From: an uncultured Acidobacteriota bacterium
GTDB lineage: Bacteria > Acidobacteriota > UBA6911
NCBI GenBank assembly: GCA_963843575.1
Contig: CAWJKZ010000009.1
Span: 64,001-128,000, forward strand
Reading direction: 5' to 3'
Length of the DNA: 64,000 nt
Shown here: in pieces, positions 20,914 to 31,897 of the stretch
Layout: the number at the start of each line of letters is the position of its first letter
Position numbering within the stretch: position 1 is the first letter of the stretch
Notes under the pieces: model-generated
The model's input: the letters and a program-made list of their open reading frames with translations, nothing else
Database searches by the model: none
What the model was told of the DNA's origin: nothing
Made by a program: the position numbers and the translations under genes

Positions 20914-23900
20914 TCACGGGGTTTTCTGGCATATATTGTCGAAACGGACGCGCGTCGTGCTGCCCGTGGCATATAGTCCCAGCTTGTCGATGCTTGGAGC
21001 AACGAGCACGGGCTGGCCGAATGCCACTGCCGGGAGGGTCTGGCGCGCCGTGCCATTGATCAAGAGCACAACACCCGTGCTGGTCCATTCCACCCCAAGG
21101 CTGCTGACGGATCCGTAGTTTGTCGCGTTGAGGATGACGAACGTGGTGCGGTCCACGTCGTAGCCTAGGAATCCCGCCTGCCCGGCCGAGGTCACGGCCA
21201 CCCCCAGGCCGTCTATTTTGATGGTCCCGGTTGCCGTGATCAGGTTGAAGGGTTGTATGTCCGAGTAGGCTTCGAAACCGTAGAACGTACCGTTGAAGTT
21301 GTCGGTCTCGACGTCCATCGTCAGCTTGAAGAAATTCGGCACAGGGAGCGGATGGGTCGCCTCCGCGGTCCGGTTCCCCTGGATGGCGCTCACCTGCAGT
21401 TTCCCGCCCGTGACCTGCCAGGTCGAGGTATCGCTCGACACGGTCCAGCCCAGGGCGGTGCCGCCGTCGAAGTCCTCGCCGTAAAGATTACAGGTCGTTG
21501 TGGGAGGAGACACCGTGCCCGTGAACTCCCGGCCGAGCGGAGGGACAGCAGACAGAGCGCTGAGAGTCGTGGTGCCGAAGACCGCAAACGAGGTGATGGT
21601 CTGATCGGCCGTAAGGGTGAAGTAGCCGCCCACCTGTCCGCCGGAGAGCGGCACGAGCTCCGGTAGAAGCTTTGATAGCCGTCCGCCGGCTGGGAGCGAG
21701 AAACGGGAGGTGCCGGTGAGGGTGCCGTCGGCCTTGTAGATCTTCAGGTCGACGCCGGCCGATGTGGCATTGGGATTGAAGGCGGCGAAGCCCGTGAAAT
21801 AGCCTGCACCGTTCGCCACCTGAGCGAAGGCCGCGAAGTTCGACGGATTCGAGTCCAGCGGCAGTGACGTCCGGAATTCGGCGGTGCCGGTTGGATCACC
21901 GAAACTCACGTCGCCTACGACACCGGCGATCGTGCTGTCGACAATGATGGAGCCCACGACGAGCGAGGCGGAACCGAGTCCGAACATCTGTCCCGCATCG
22001 CGCAGATATTGCTGGCCCGGCCCCAAGGTGATGCTCACTGGGGAAGCAAGAGAACCGCCGCCTTCATTGACCGCGCGAACCGTCAGATTGGTCGTCAGCG
22101 TCGTCGGGTTGACGATGTTGAACCTCGTGTAATACGCGTTGCCTCCGTGCGCGAGCTGCGCGGAATAGAGCTTCGTGGCCGTCGCCGACCCCTCAACCAG
22201 AGTCTGCGCGTTGAGCATGGCGATGGAAGTGCCGGACGTTAGGATCTCCGAAGCGACGACGGGGTGGTCCGCCTTGACGATCAGGTAGCCGAGGAATGGG
22301 CTGGCGAGCGGGCTGAAGAGATCCTGAATGCGGCGGCTGAGTTTCTCCCGGGGCTGCAGGACGACTTCGGTGGATCCGACGGCAGCCGGCGAATTGGTGC
22401 GTAGCTCGAGCGTCATCACGACCGGGAAGTTAGTGGGATTGGCAATTTGGACTTCGGTTGTGGTGGTGGAATCATACTCAATATCCGTGAGGACGACGGA
22501 TGAAGCGTGAGTCCCGGAGACATCGGCGCCGTCCAAGACGGTGTCGCTGCCGAGGAGTTCGAAGCCCACGACGCTGTTCTTGTCCGAGCGCACCTGAACC
22601 CAGCCGGTGTTGGAGCTTTGCACGAAGTTGAAGAACTGCTGGGCGAGCTTGGGAACCTGCTGTCCTGGGGCCAGGGTGGCGGTGGCAGGGTTGGTGACGC
22701 CAGTGCCGGTCTTGGTGGAACCGTCGTCGGAATAGGCGGTGAGGGAAAAAGAGGCAGTTTCCTTGCCGAGATTGAGAAGGCCAATCCCGTTATAGAGCGA
22801 ACCGGTGCTGCGCAGGATCGGAAAGTCGAGACTTTGCCGGCTGAACGGTCCGAGGACGCCGGCGGAAATGTAAGGCCCGAGGCCGTCCACGCGCGCGGTG
22901 GCGGTCTTGTTTGCAGTGTCTACGACGGTGTCGTAACTGGTCAGTTTGCCGGTGGTCGTGTCGTAAGAAACGACCTTCAGTGCGGATTCCCTAAAGTTAG
23001 GATCGTCGGGGAGGTCGTCGGCCGTGTAACTGAGCGTGACATCAAAGGTGGAGGGCTGACTGCCGAACGGGGTGGAACTGGTTCCAGGAACGGGCGGATC
23101 GATTTGCCAGAACGCGTTGATGGCGAGGAAGTCCTTGAACGGATCTGCCAGCGCCCGAACCTCCCCGAACGTGCCGGCCGCTTCGGGCACGGCACCGGGG
23201 GCAGCGCTGCCGGATTTCAGAAGACCGCTGGAAGCGATATCGCCCGCTGTGCGGATGAATTTCACGACTTTGTTAGCGGCGTTCTGAACCGTCTTCACGT
23301 CGAGGCCAAGCGCGCCGGCGACCTGCCCCGCCGTTGAGGAAACGGTTGTGTCAGGCGACTGCAATTTATTGTAGACCACATACTTGCTTTGCACCTCGTG
23401 AAAAAAATCAGTGAAAACCACGGCGATCAGGACCGCATTGTCGGGGATTGTGTACTCAAACGTCCAGGTGAAGACGCCGCGCAACTCCATACTGCCATCA
23501 ACGGAATCCACATCGGCCGACGTGTACAGGCCCGGCTTGAAGAATCCCGAACTTCCGATGGGACTAACCTCCGCGTGCAGCTGGACGCCGGGGCCCATCT
23601 GGTTGTATTCGAGCTCAAAGGAAAAATCCACGGTCTCGCCTTTGATCAGCTTTGCGGTCAACAAGGGCGAATATCCTTTGGGTACAATGTGTAAGCGTTG
23701 GACAGGCAAAGGCTTGCTTTCTGCTTTCACCGGCTCGCTTCCATCCGAAGGGTCCAGAACAGCCGCAAACGACCAGGAGTCGGCGTCCGTGTAGACCATC
23801 TGATCACCCGACAGCCAGATATACTCCTTTTGTTCCGTGCCGCTGCCGACGTCGTGGATAGCCAGCGATGCGACTCGCAGATCCTCTCGCTCGCCGGATT

Positions 23901-25515
23901 TGGCATAGCGCCATTCGTTTAACATAAGTTCAATCTTCCCACTCTTTCCGGCGTGGTCGAAAATGATCTCGATCGCGAGGTCGGGCGGACGTTCGTTGGG
24001 GCTGCTGGTGCGTAGTTTTGATCCCCCGTGTAAGTGAGAAGTGGTCCCATGAAACTCATCGAAGAACGTATCCACACGGCCGGTTTTTTGCTCTCCCCAA
24101 AATACCTTTACGCTTTGGATCCTGGCGCTGGCGTCGCTACGGACAGAGTAGGTAACCACATAGCTTGTCGCCAATATGGTGGTTTCGGCATAGATCATCA
24201 CGGCCTTGAGTTGGAGCTTTGTGGTCCCCTTGACAATCTTGAACGCCGGCACGGTCATTTCCAATTCCCCTGTCCCGTTCGAGCGGCTTACGTTTGCGAA
24301 TGCCGAGGCACCCTGCAGGACATCCTTCTCGTTGAACACGCGCAGGGAGAGCAGGGCACTCGACCTCGAACCCAGCGCGTATTTCACCTTGGCGCTGAAC
24401 CCCTGGGTCGTCTCCTCCTTGAGGACCGTACCTTCCTTCGGCACCTCGTTTGAGAGTATCAGGGAATCGGCGGTGCCGCCTGTTGTGGCCGCCCTGACGG
24501 ATATTTCCTGCGGACTGTTGGAGGCATCCGGCGAGGAGATTGTGATCTTGCCGATGTTGTTTCCGGACGATAAACCCGCCGGATCGACCGTCACGGTCAG
24601 CGTGGCGGAGGCGCCTTGAGCCAGGGAGCCGCTGGCGGGATTCACGATAAGCCAGCCCGAAGCGAGGTCCGCACGACTTGGCGCTGCCGCCCCGCCCGTC
24701 GAAAGCTCGGCCTTCCAGTTAAGAGTTCCTATGCCGCTGTTAGACAGGCGGACAGTCTTTTGTTCCGCCACGTCCCCGACGACGCCGAAGTCGAGCGAGG
24801 TCGGATCCAGCGTGATCACCGGGCCTGTCACAGGCTTGTAAAAGGTCTTGATCTCGATATCGGGGCCTGTGGATTTTCGAAAAGTTACGGGAGCATAGGC
24901 ATCGAGAGCGCTGAACTCGCTCTTGGCGCTGCCATCAATCTCGGCTTCGTTGAATTTAGATAACGAAACCGCCGTCATCTGGCAGCTAGACTCCTTGAAG
25001 TTGGGAATCGAATAATCACCGGGGGCCGCTATTTTTTGGCTGTCCGAATAGCCATAGCATCCGACGAAACCTCCCGCATTCCACATAGAAACCTGGGGAG
25101 CAGGGGAGGATGGGGAGGCCGGGGTATAACTCCACGTCCAGGTGCCCTTGAGTGCCGCCGAAGGAGTGATCGGCGAGTCCAGCACAAGACCTCCAGGGCC
25201 TGCCCTCCCAGTGACAGTATTCGGGAAGTTGAGCACCAGGCTCAGGTTCTTGAGCATTATGTTGGGCGAGCAGGAGAACTGCGTACCGTCCACGGATGTC
25301 GAGCCAGAGGCGGTTTTGATCGTTTGAGTGATGGGCGACTTGATGCCGCAGCCGTCGTAGGACGTGCCGAAATTCCCGATGGTCAGTTCGTGGCGGTCAA
25401 ACTGAAAGACTGCCTGACCATGCGTCGGGATTGCCGATAGAGCAAACCACAGAACCGCCAGGATTCCTGTCGGAGAAAAATTGCGAGTGAGTGGCGATAG
25501 TAGGGTAGTGTTCAT
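20914..25515 (-). CDS. Large exported multidomain protein (BACON/Ig-like domain plus tandem beta-sandwich repeats)
   Basis: Signal peptide; ITLDPTSLDF..LSNSG.GTLNW..WLIVNPASG..LTVTVDPAGL (BACON-like); repeats such as SAQLAHGGNAYYTRFNIVN and FAQVANGAGYFTGFAAFN. Confidence 0.85.
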   Translation of the reverse strand: MNTTLLSPLTRNFSPTGILAVLWFALSAIPTHGQAVFQFDRHELTIGNFGTSYDGCGIKSPITQTIKTASGSTSVDGTQFSCSPNIMLKNLSLVLNFPNTVTGRAGPGGLVLDSPITPSAALKGTWTWSYTPASPSSPAPQVSMWNAGGFVGCYGYSDSQKIAAPGDYSIPNFKESSCQMTAVSLSKFNEAEIDGSAKSEFSALDAYAPVTFRKSTGPDIEIKTFYKPVTGPVITLDPTSLDFGVVGDVAEQKTVRLSNSGIGTLNWKAELSTGGAAAPSRADLASGWLIVNPASGSLAQGASATLTVTVDPAGLSSGNNIGKITISSPDASNSPQEISVRAATTGGTADSLILSNEVPKEGTVLKEETTQGFSAKVKYALGSRSSALLSLRVFNEKDVLQGASAFANVSRSNGTGELEMTVPAFKIVKGTTKLQLKAVMIYAETTILATSYVVTYSVRSDASARIQSVKVFWGEQKTGRVDTFFDEFHGTTSHLHGGSKLRTSSPNERPPDLAIEIIFDHAGKSGKIELMLNEWRYAKSGEREDLRVASLAIHDVGSGTEQKEYIWLSGDQMVYTDADSWSFAAVLDPSDGSEPVKAESKPLPVQRLHIVPKGYSPLLTAKLIKGETVDFSFELEYNQMGPGVQLHAEVSPIGSSGFFKPGLYTSADVDSVDGSMELRGVFTWTFEYTIPDNAVLIAVVFTDFFHEVQSKYVVYNKLQSPDTTVSSTAGQVAGALGLDVKTVQNAANKVVKFIRTAGDIASSGLLKSGSAAPGAVPEAAGTFGEVRALADPFKDFLAINAFWQIDPPVPGTSSTPFGSQPSTFDVTLSYTADDLPDDPNFRESALKVVSYDTTTGKLTSYDTVVDTANKTATARVDGLGPYISAGVLGPFSRQSLDFPILRSTGSLYNGIGLLNLGKETASFSLTAYSDDGSTKTGTGVTNPATATLAPGQQVPKLAQQFFNFVQSSNTGWVQVRSDKNSVVGFELLGSDTVLDGADVSGTHASSVVLTDIEYDSTTTTEVQIANPTNFPVVMTLELRTNSPAAVGSTEVVLQPREKLSRRIQDLFSPLASPFLGYLIVKADHPVVASEILTSGTSIAMLNAQTLVEGSATATKLYSAQLAHGGNAYYTRFNIVNPTTLTTNLTVRAVNEGGGSLASPVSITLGPGQQYLRDAGQMFGLGSASLVVGSIIVDSTIAGVVGDVSFGDPTGTAEFRTSLPLDSNPSNFAAFAQVANGAGYFTGFAAFNPNATSAGVDLKIYKADGTLTGTSRFSLPAGGRLSKLLPELVPLSGGQVGGYFTLTADQTITSFAVFGTTTLSALSAVPPLGREFTGTVSPPTTTCNLYGEDFDGGTALGWTVSSDTSTWQVTGGKLQVSAIQGNRTAEATHPLPVPNFFKLTMDVETDNFNGTFYGFEAYSDIQPFNLITATGTIKIDGLGVAVTSAGQAGFLGYDVDRTTFVILNATNYGSVSSLGVEWTSTGVVLLINGTARQTLPAVAFGQPVLVAPSIDKLGLYATGSTTRVRFDNICQKTP

Positions 25516-25689
25516 GGTTTCCCTCGACACTCCCGATTAGATGCGGGAAATCCGTTGAATTGCGGTCAAAATGAGGTTGTCCGATAAGCGTTCTTAGCAT
25601 TCGTCGAGGCTCTTCATTTGCTTGGTTTCGATCCGGATCCGATTTCCGGCCACACGCCGGCGCAGGCGCCAACCATTTCCAGGTCGGCC

Positions 25690-25820
25690 ACAAACGCACG
25701 GGCAGTACTTTGACGGCAACCTGGCGTTTCAGATTGGTGTCTTCGGCGAAACACCTCGCCCATCCCGCCTGCGCCGAGCTTTTCGATGATTCGGTAACGC
25801 GGGATGGTGTTGCCGATCAT
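25690..25820 (-). pseudogene. N-terminal relic of a Ser/Thr protein kinase
   Basis: MIGNTIPRYRIIEKLGAGGMGEVFR, then a frameshifted LKRQVAVKVLP. Confidence 0.8.
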
Positions 25821-26248
25821 GGAGAGTGTCTCCAACGGCTGCTTGCGCACTGCAATCTGAAGCAATTGAAGGTGGCCCCATTATAAGCGGGTGATGTGGC
25901 CGCGGGTAGCGGAATTGGCAGCACTTGGTCCGGAGCTTGGCCACACACCGGTCAATTGGACAAATTGGGGGCTAATGGGAAAGGTGAAATCTCCCCTGGC
26001 TCCCAAGCAGTCCCTGTTCTGGGAAACCGACAAATAGAGACGGTGACGAAGCGAGGTTCGTGGCGGAACATATACATGACCGTCGGGACGAATACGGTGG
26101 GACGGAGCCCGGCCGTAGCCGAGCACGGAATCTTCTCGGTAGCGAGCGGCGGCGCGTTACTGGACCATATCGTCTTCAGCGGTGATCCACTTCGCATCGG
26201 GCGACAGCTTCCAGTTAACGTTCACAGGCCGGATCGTAGGGCAGCAGA

Positions 26249-26590
26249 ATGAGGGAGCCGTGCGTCACCCCGCAGAGACCATGCTCTTACCCTGGGGGCA
26301 GATGCGAGCGGCACCGCGTACAGGAGCGGACCGAGTACGGGCGTAGGCGCGGATCGGCGGCCGACAGGGGATACGACGGTAGGTGGAGGCGGCTCAGGCA
26401 GCGGGTCCTGAACGAGGAGCCGCTGTCCCGGATCTGCTAGAGGAAGAAGCTAAGGATCAAGGCCGAGGATGTGGACCACATCGTGCCGAATGCGCGGGGC
26501 GGGAGGGACGATCGGGATAACCTGCGGGCTCTCTGCCACTTGTGCCAAAGCAGGAAGACCGCAGAGGAGGATGGGCGATGGGGACGATAG
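26249..26590 (+). pseudogene. Phage-type HNH endonuclease (terminase-associated gp74-like) relic
   Basis: RGSAADRGYDGRWRRLR..EEPLSRIC(TAG)..VDHIVP..GG.DDRDNLRALCHLCQSRKT; in-frame TAG at 26438-26440. Confidence 0.82.
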
Positions 26591-26939
26591 TGTTCCTACT
26601 GCCCGAGGCGGTCGCCATCCTGACATCGAGATAACCCGCATAGCGCGGGCCCGCCAGGTGCTAGGAGCCCACATTGCGGACCCCAGCCCTGCATCCCTGC
26701 AAGCGGAGGAGGAAGGAATGCAGTGACTGTGCGCATTATATGCAAGACCGCACCAAAACAAACTGCGAACTAGTTCTGACCGCAATCGCTGCCTCTCACC
26801 GTGGCAGGTTTTTATCTATACGACGGTCTTCGGGTGGGTCTACCGGAGAGGCTACGTCGTTCCGGCGAGCGGCCGCGACCTCTCCGGAATGCGAAGGTTC
26901 CGGACGGCGTACCTAGATGGGGCAGAAGAACGGGCCTCG

Positions 26940-27045
26940 TTGGTCTGCCATCCGACGGAGAAGCGGAAGTTCTCGATTGCCGAGCTCCGGCGCATTTGCG
27001 GCTTCCCGGACGACTTCGCTCTGACCGGCACCTTCGAACAGCAAC
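26940..27045 (+). pseudogene. C-terminal relic of a C5 DNA cytosine methyltransferase
   Basis: HPTEKRKFSIAELRRICGFPDDFALTGTFEQQ corresponds to motif IX; the rest is missing. Confidence 0.72.
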
Positions 27046-27768
27046 GGCTCTCGGCGAACGACGTCTGCAGGCTCGAGAACATGAACCCGATCCAGGGCGG
27101 CGACCAGTACGAGAACCCCGACATCACGAGCAATGCCGCAGAGTCGGGTCGAGATCGCACGCTATAGCATCGAAATAAATCAGACTACACGACAACTCTA
27201 CATCAGGGCAACTGAAATGACTTGGGTGAGTCCAACTGCCGGTCTCAACCCAACTCTGCAATGAGGGGAGTGTGTGCCCCAAAGCCGCATTCGGGGAGGC
27301 AGTTCCGGTGTAAAACAGGGCTGCATTTCAGGCGCAGACGTCGAAGTCGACATATGACCCCTTATCGGAATCTCAGGGAGGGCATGTACCGGGGAGGGAA
27401 GGCTGCCGGATCAGAAGCCTGACGGGCGAAGAGGCAGCTCATCCTTCCTATCCCTACACGCGCTTGGGGCGGGCGCCCGGTCCGGTTGGAGACCCTTCAG
27501 CTGGGGGTCGGCGCCAACGGACGGCGCCATTCCACAGAGAACGGAGCCCTTGCCGCAATCTGTATGGCTGCGGCGAAGTAAATGGATCTCTGCACCGCAG
27601 GAGCGTGGAACATCATTATCGGCTTCACCGCTGGTGCTGTTGCGAAGGTCCTGATGCTGGTCGATCTGGCGCGCGGAATCGGCGAGATTCCGGATGAAGA
27701 AGAGAGTTACACCCGATTACAGATACTGATGTTATTCTACCAAATCTCGAATGTGGAAGTTTCCCGGA

Positions 27769-29013
27769 ATGCCTACAGCACTGCTCATCCTGTCCGCCCT
27801 CCTGCTCTTGACGCCGTCCGCCGGCGCCACGGATCTCCATCAGGTTGCCTTGAAAGCAGGGGTTTCTCGCATCGACATCACGCCCGAGGTTCTGGTGGCG
27901 CTCGACGGGTACCAGGATCCTGAAAACAGGATTTCCGAGGGGATTCACGATCGTTTGTACGCACGGATCTTTGCGTTCCAGGGCGGGCCCAGAAAGATCG
28001 TTCTGGTCTCATGCGATATTACCTCCTTCATGTTCGCGCAGTACTTTCAGGACATCCTGCAGAATAAGTTCAGTCTGCGGCCGGATGAGCTTTTCCTTTG
28101 CGCCACCCACACCCACAGCGCGCCTCATCTCTCGCTCAACAGGACTTATCCCCATCCGAACAACTTCGCATACACCGCCATTCTGCGCGCCAGGCTCGTC
28201 GAAGGCGTCGCCGTAGCCTTGAAGGCGCTCGCGCCTGCGCGCATTGCATTAGGCCGCGGCCGGTCCTCCGTCGGCGTCAACAGGCGCAAGACGATGCCTG
28301 ACGGCGAAATCCACATGGCGCCGAATCCCGAGGGACCCTCGGATCCGGAGGTCCTGGCACTGGCGATAACAAACCGGGATGGCCGCCCAGTGGGGGCGCT
28401 GTTCAACTACGCGTGCCATTCCAGGTCACTCCGGGGATCCAACAGGCTGATAACCGGCGACGTTTTCGGTTTATCCCAACAGTACGTCGAGAGGGCATTC
28501 CGCGGAAACTTCGTCGCCGGAGCCTTTGCAGGCGCGTCTGGGGATATCGATCCTGAATATGTCGTGGACGGCTTCGGTGGCGGACCCGAAAATTCGCAGG
28601 AGCAACCGGTACGGCTCGGCAACCTGCTGGGGGAAACGGTACTCCGCGCGATCGGACAGGCCACAGCCTTGAATGAAAGCCGCGGGATTCGGTCGGCCAG
28701 CGAGCGTGTGATGCTGCCGGGAAAAACCGCAGGAAACGCGAGACCTGTGCAGGTGATCGCCGCAAGACTCGGCGACGTGGCTTTTCTTGGTCTCGATTGC
28801 GAAGCACTGGTTGAGGTGGGTCTGGCGATCAAAGCTTCATCTCCGTTCCGAAACACGTTTATATTGACGGTTTGCAACGGGTGGTCGGGTTATCTGCCCC
28901 CAGGACAGCGCTACGTGGAGGGTGGCTACGAAGTCAATCGTTCCGGATTCGGCCCGGGTGCGGCGGACGAGCTGGTACAACGCTGCGTCCGGCTTCTCGA
29001 GAGCCTGCGCTGA
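27769..29013 (+). CDS. Exported neutral/alkaline ceramidase-like metallohydrolase
   Basis: LKAGVSRIDITP, GIHDRLYAR, ATHTHSAP, GVNRR, FNYACH, GASGDIDP and GYLP..Y.EGGYE; start uncertain. Confidence 0.85.
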   Translation: MPTALLILSALLLLTPSAGATDLHQVALKAGVSRIDITPEVLVALDGYQDPENRISEGIHDRLYARIFAFQGGPRKIVLVSCDITSFMFAQYFQDILQNKFSLRPDELFLCATHTHSAPHLSLNRTYPHPNNFAYTAILRARLVEGVAVALKALAPARIALGRGRSSVGVNRRKTMPDGEIHMAPNPEGPSDPEVLALAITNRDGRPVGALFNYACHSRSLRGSNRLITGDVFGLSQQYVERAFRGNFVAGAFAGASGDIDPEYVVDGFGGGPENSQEQPVRLGNLLGETVLRAIGQATALNESRGIRSASERVMLPGKTAGNARPVQVIAARLGDVAFLGLDCEALVEVGLAIKASSPFRNTFILTVCNGWSGYLPPGQRYVEGGYEVNRSGFGPGAADELVQRCVRLLESLR

Positions 29014-29053
29014 ATTTTCCGGCCACAACACGTCAGCGGGGATTCCGCGGCCG

Positions 29054-29464
29054 CTAGGGCTTGATCAGCTGCTCTGTACGTTCGTCGTCACGCAATTTCA
29101 GCGATGTCTTCGCCCGATCAGCCTGCAGGATCGTATGTGTCGTGTCCGTTTCGCCGAGCAGCATGAGCCCTGAAGCATGATCGGATGTCGTCAATTTGAC
29201 GCGTGGCTTGCCGTCGGCAGTAATCAGCCCGAAGATGACCGTCTCCGGGTAACCGGTTGTCCCATCTGGCATTTTGTATGTCGCATTCGCCGGCTCAACC
29301 TTAAGCTGCGCACGCAGCCGGCCGTTGCCGTCTACGATTTCGATGCCTTGCCCCCGGAGGATTTTGTCGTCTGCTGCATTCACCGGGCTCAACCGGGTGA
29401 GCTGGAATACGAGTAACCCCAAATTTAAAAGTGTGAGAATCAGCAGCAGACGCTGGATCTTCAT
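29054..29464 (-). CDS. Small exported/membrane-anchored hypothetical protein
   Basis: Hydrophobic N-terminus; ILRGQGIEIVDGNGRLRAQL; GGAG RBS. Confidence 0.75.
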   Translation of the reverse strand: MKIQRLLLILTLLNLGLLVFQLTRLSPVNAADDKILRGQGIEIVDGNGRLRAQLKVEPANATYKMPDGTTGYPETVIFGLITADGKPRVKLTTSDHASGLMLLGETDTTHTILQADRAKTSLKLRDDERTEQLIKP

Positions 29465-29869
29465 AGCGTTTTCTCCCGGGTTGACATCGAGCGGCGAGCC
29501 AATGCCTTTCCGCTAATGATAGACACATCTGTTGGCCTGCCACAATGCCGAACCGGGAAGCCGAATGGATGCAGAATTCCCTTTCGTGGCGTCCCTTCGG
29601 CGCAGGCTGCCGGTTGCCATCTGATTTTCACGGCTGTTGCCGTGGGGATCGATTGCGATCGCCGCCGGGATTCGGGTGAGTCCTTGCCCCGCGGTTCGCA
29701 ATTCAGTGCGGCCTCGAATCCATAGCGTACCTCTCCTCGTCCTGCTCGAAATCGGGTTTCCCCAACCTCATCGCCGGAACTTCGGGGGTGTTCCCAAGAG
29801 ACAGGCAAAGATTCCCGCCTGAACGCGATGAGGTTGACGGAAAGACCGGGTGTAGTTTGGTTTTCGCAG

Positions 29870-30000
29870 CTTCTTCACAGCATATGCCGCCTCGGTATTG
29901 GCGGGATCGAGCAGGAAAGCGCTTTCGTAAGACATGGTAGCCGGCACCGTGTCGCCCGTGCCAGCGTATGCCTTTCCCTGCTCCGTATGCACATCAGGCG
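29870..30000 (-). pseudogene. Degenerate TPR-like fragment
   Basis: YPTSPDVH..GKAYAGTGD...A..SYE.A..LDP.N..A resembles a C-terminal TPR. Confidence 0.4.
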
Positions 30001-30106
30001 AAGTCGGATAGGCTTCGGCATTCAGTTTGTGGTCTCCGACTGCGTCGGCTGCCCGAGCAGTTCCTTCCTGTAGAAAGCTCATGAACGCATGCTGGAGTCC
30101 GATTCG

Positions 30107-31618
30107 TCACTTCACGGCCGTGCCGCGCACGGCGATTGTGCCCATCTGGTACCAGCCATCCGGCCGACGCCCTTCAATCGCCAACCGGACGTGGGGCCTT
30201 CGGGTACGCGGCTCGACGATCGCGATTTCCAGATCGTATTGTCCTTCGGGCATGTCGACTGGAAGGGAGACTGCGCTGTCGTAGATCACATCCCCAGGCA
30301 ACCACCCGCGAATATCGGCATCGGTAACAAGGAGCTCGGTGCGCTGCGCGTTTTTCAGCCGGATGGCGAGCGGCCACTCGTGGTATGCCGGCGCAACTCC
30401 CTTATTCTCCCACCAGGAGCGGAAGACCAGTTTGCCATGAGGCCGGATTTCGGCCGGGCAGGTGAATTTGCGCAGCACGAAACGGTATCCCATTTTCTTG
30501 AGCCATTCGTCGACAAGCGGGCGCCACTCTTCAGGGACGGCGCTGCTCTTGGCATTGAAGGTACTGACGTGCCATTTTAGCGACTGGTCGAAGATGTACT
30601 TGACGATTTCGGAGGTATAACCCTGCTTCTGTTTCCAGCTTCCGAATGTGCCGCAGATCTCGTGGGCGATCGGAGCCTTTTTCCAGGCCTCCGACATCCC
30701 GGAGCGGACGATTTCCTGCGGATAGAGATCGTACATGTGACTCCAGTCGCCCATCTGGGCGCGCCAGAACCCCATGTCGCCGATGCAGTCGCCGCGCCAG
30801 CCGAGGTGACGCATCGACGGGCCCTCGCCGTTGTTCGTCCCGTCGGGCCAGAAAGCGGCAATAGGCGTACCGCGTACCAGCAGGCCCGGCTCGGGCGCGT
30901 CTCCGTTCAGCGGCTGGAAGATCAAGTGGGTTCTCTTGAAATTGTCGAGATACGCGTTGAGCAGGGCGATTCGCGTTCCATCGCTCAATCTGTGGCTGCC
31001 GTCCCCTTCCCCCCAGAAGCCGAGGATGGAGATATCGACCCACTCCAGGTCCGGGTGTCCGTCGTAGCGCTGGCCGAGCGCACGAATCATCCCGCCAAAG
31101 TACTTCACATAATTCGGATTTTCAGGATCGGTGCGCCACTTGTCGCTGGCGAGCTTCGGCTCCGGCCCCATCCGCTTGCGGTACCAGTCCGGGACATCCT
31201 CGTTATCGCCCCCGCCGTAGGGAGCGATCCTCAGGCAAAGCGTCTGACCGCGTTCAGCCGCGGTCTTGAGAGCCTTGTCGAGCATCGCCCAGTTGTATTC
31301 CTCCAGCTGTGGCTCGACATATCGCCAATAGACGCGGAAGTATGCGGTCGTCGTCGCAGGGTGATCGGGATTGGTCAGGTCACCGTCGAACTTCTGATAT
31401 TCGATCGGATGCCCCTCCGTCCATTCGATACCGGGATTCAGATCATCACCGTTGAAGCGCTGGAATGTGTGAAAGCCGATTCCAGGGTTGTTGAGAACAT
31501 CATGGATCTCTTTCGGGCGAACGACCAGGTAGTCGGCGGGGGGCTTGGGGATGCCCTGGCCGATCGCGGGTAAAACGCTCGTGGTTAGCAGAAAAAGCAG
31601 CGACATCAGCTTGCACAT
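30107..31618 (-). CDS. Exported DUF4832-domain glycoside hydrolase-like protein
   Basis: Signal peptide; LNNPGIGF, YFRVYWRYVEP..YNW, RYDGHPDL, GFWGEG, MGYRFVL and WENKGVAPAY. Confidence 0.85.
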   Translation of the reverse strand: MCKLMSLLFLLTTSVLPAIGQGIPKPPADYLVVRPKEIHDVLNNPGIGFHTFQRFNGDDLNPGIEWTEGHPIEYQKFDGDLTNPDHPATTTAYFRVYWRYVEPQLEEYNWAMLDKALKTAAERGQTLCLRIAPYGGGDNEDVPDWYRKRMGPEPKLASDKWRTDPENPNYVKYFGGMIRALGQRYDGHPDLEWVDISILGFWGEGDGSHRLSDGTRIALLNAYLDNFKRTHLIFQPLNGDAPEPGLLVRGTPIAAFWPDGTNNGEGPSMRHLGWRGDCIGDMGFWRAQMGDWSHMYDLYPQEIVRSGMSEAWKKAPIAHEICGTFGSWKQKQGYTSEIVKYIFDQSLKWHVSTFNAKSSAVPEEWRPLVDEWLKKMGYRFVLRKFTCPAEIRPHGKLVFRSWWENKGVAPAYHEWPLAIRLKNAQRTELLVTDADIRGWLPGDVIYDSAVSLPVDMPEGQYDLEIAIVEPRTRRPHVRLAIEGRRPDGWYQMGTIAVRGTAVK

Positions 31619-31684
31619 GCGGGATTCTCCTGATGATGACAGGACCAGCGTAATTCTCCGGGTAGCGGAGGTCAAGATATGTCG

Positions 31685-31897
31685 ATGATCGTCCTTCGCA
31701 AGGGAGCGGTTGCCCCTGGGGACACAATCAGGCAGGCGCAGGCGAACGACGAAGGCCTGACAGTGCTGGATATCGTGAACCTGTACACGTCGTACGCCCC
31801 GTGCCAGGAACTCCTGCGCCGAGCTGCCGCCCTGCCAGCGCTTCGGGACGCCAGGAAACGAAACCTCGGAAAACAGCTACTTCGCACCGGTGGATGA
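31685..31897 (+). pseudogene. C-terminal relic of a MOSC/3-alpha (YiiM-like) protein
   Basis: VLRKGAVAPGDTI..LTVLDIVNLY..ELLRRAAALPAL. Confidence 0.6.

Noticed and set aside
8040-26440. In-frame TAG codons in SNF2 (8040), GH42 (14207) and HNH (26438), suggesting amber recoding
   Set aside because: All three genes have other lesions, and intact genes end normally at TAG (6370, 16561, 18805, 51600, 52543).
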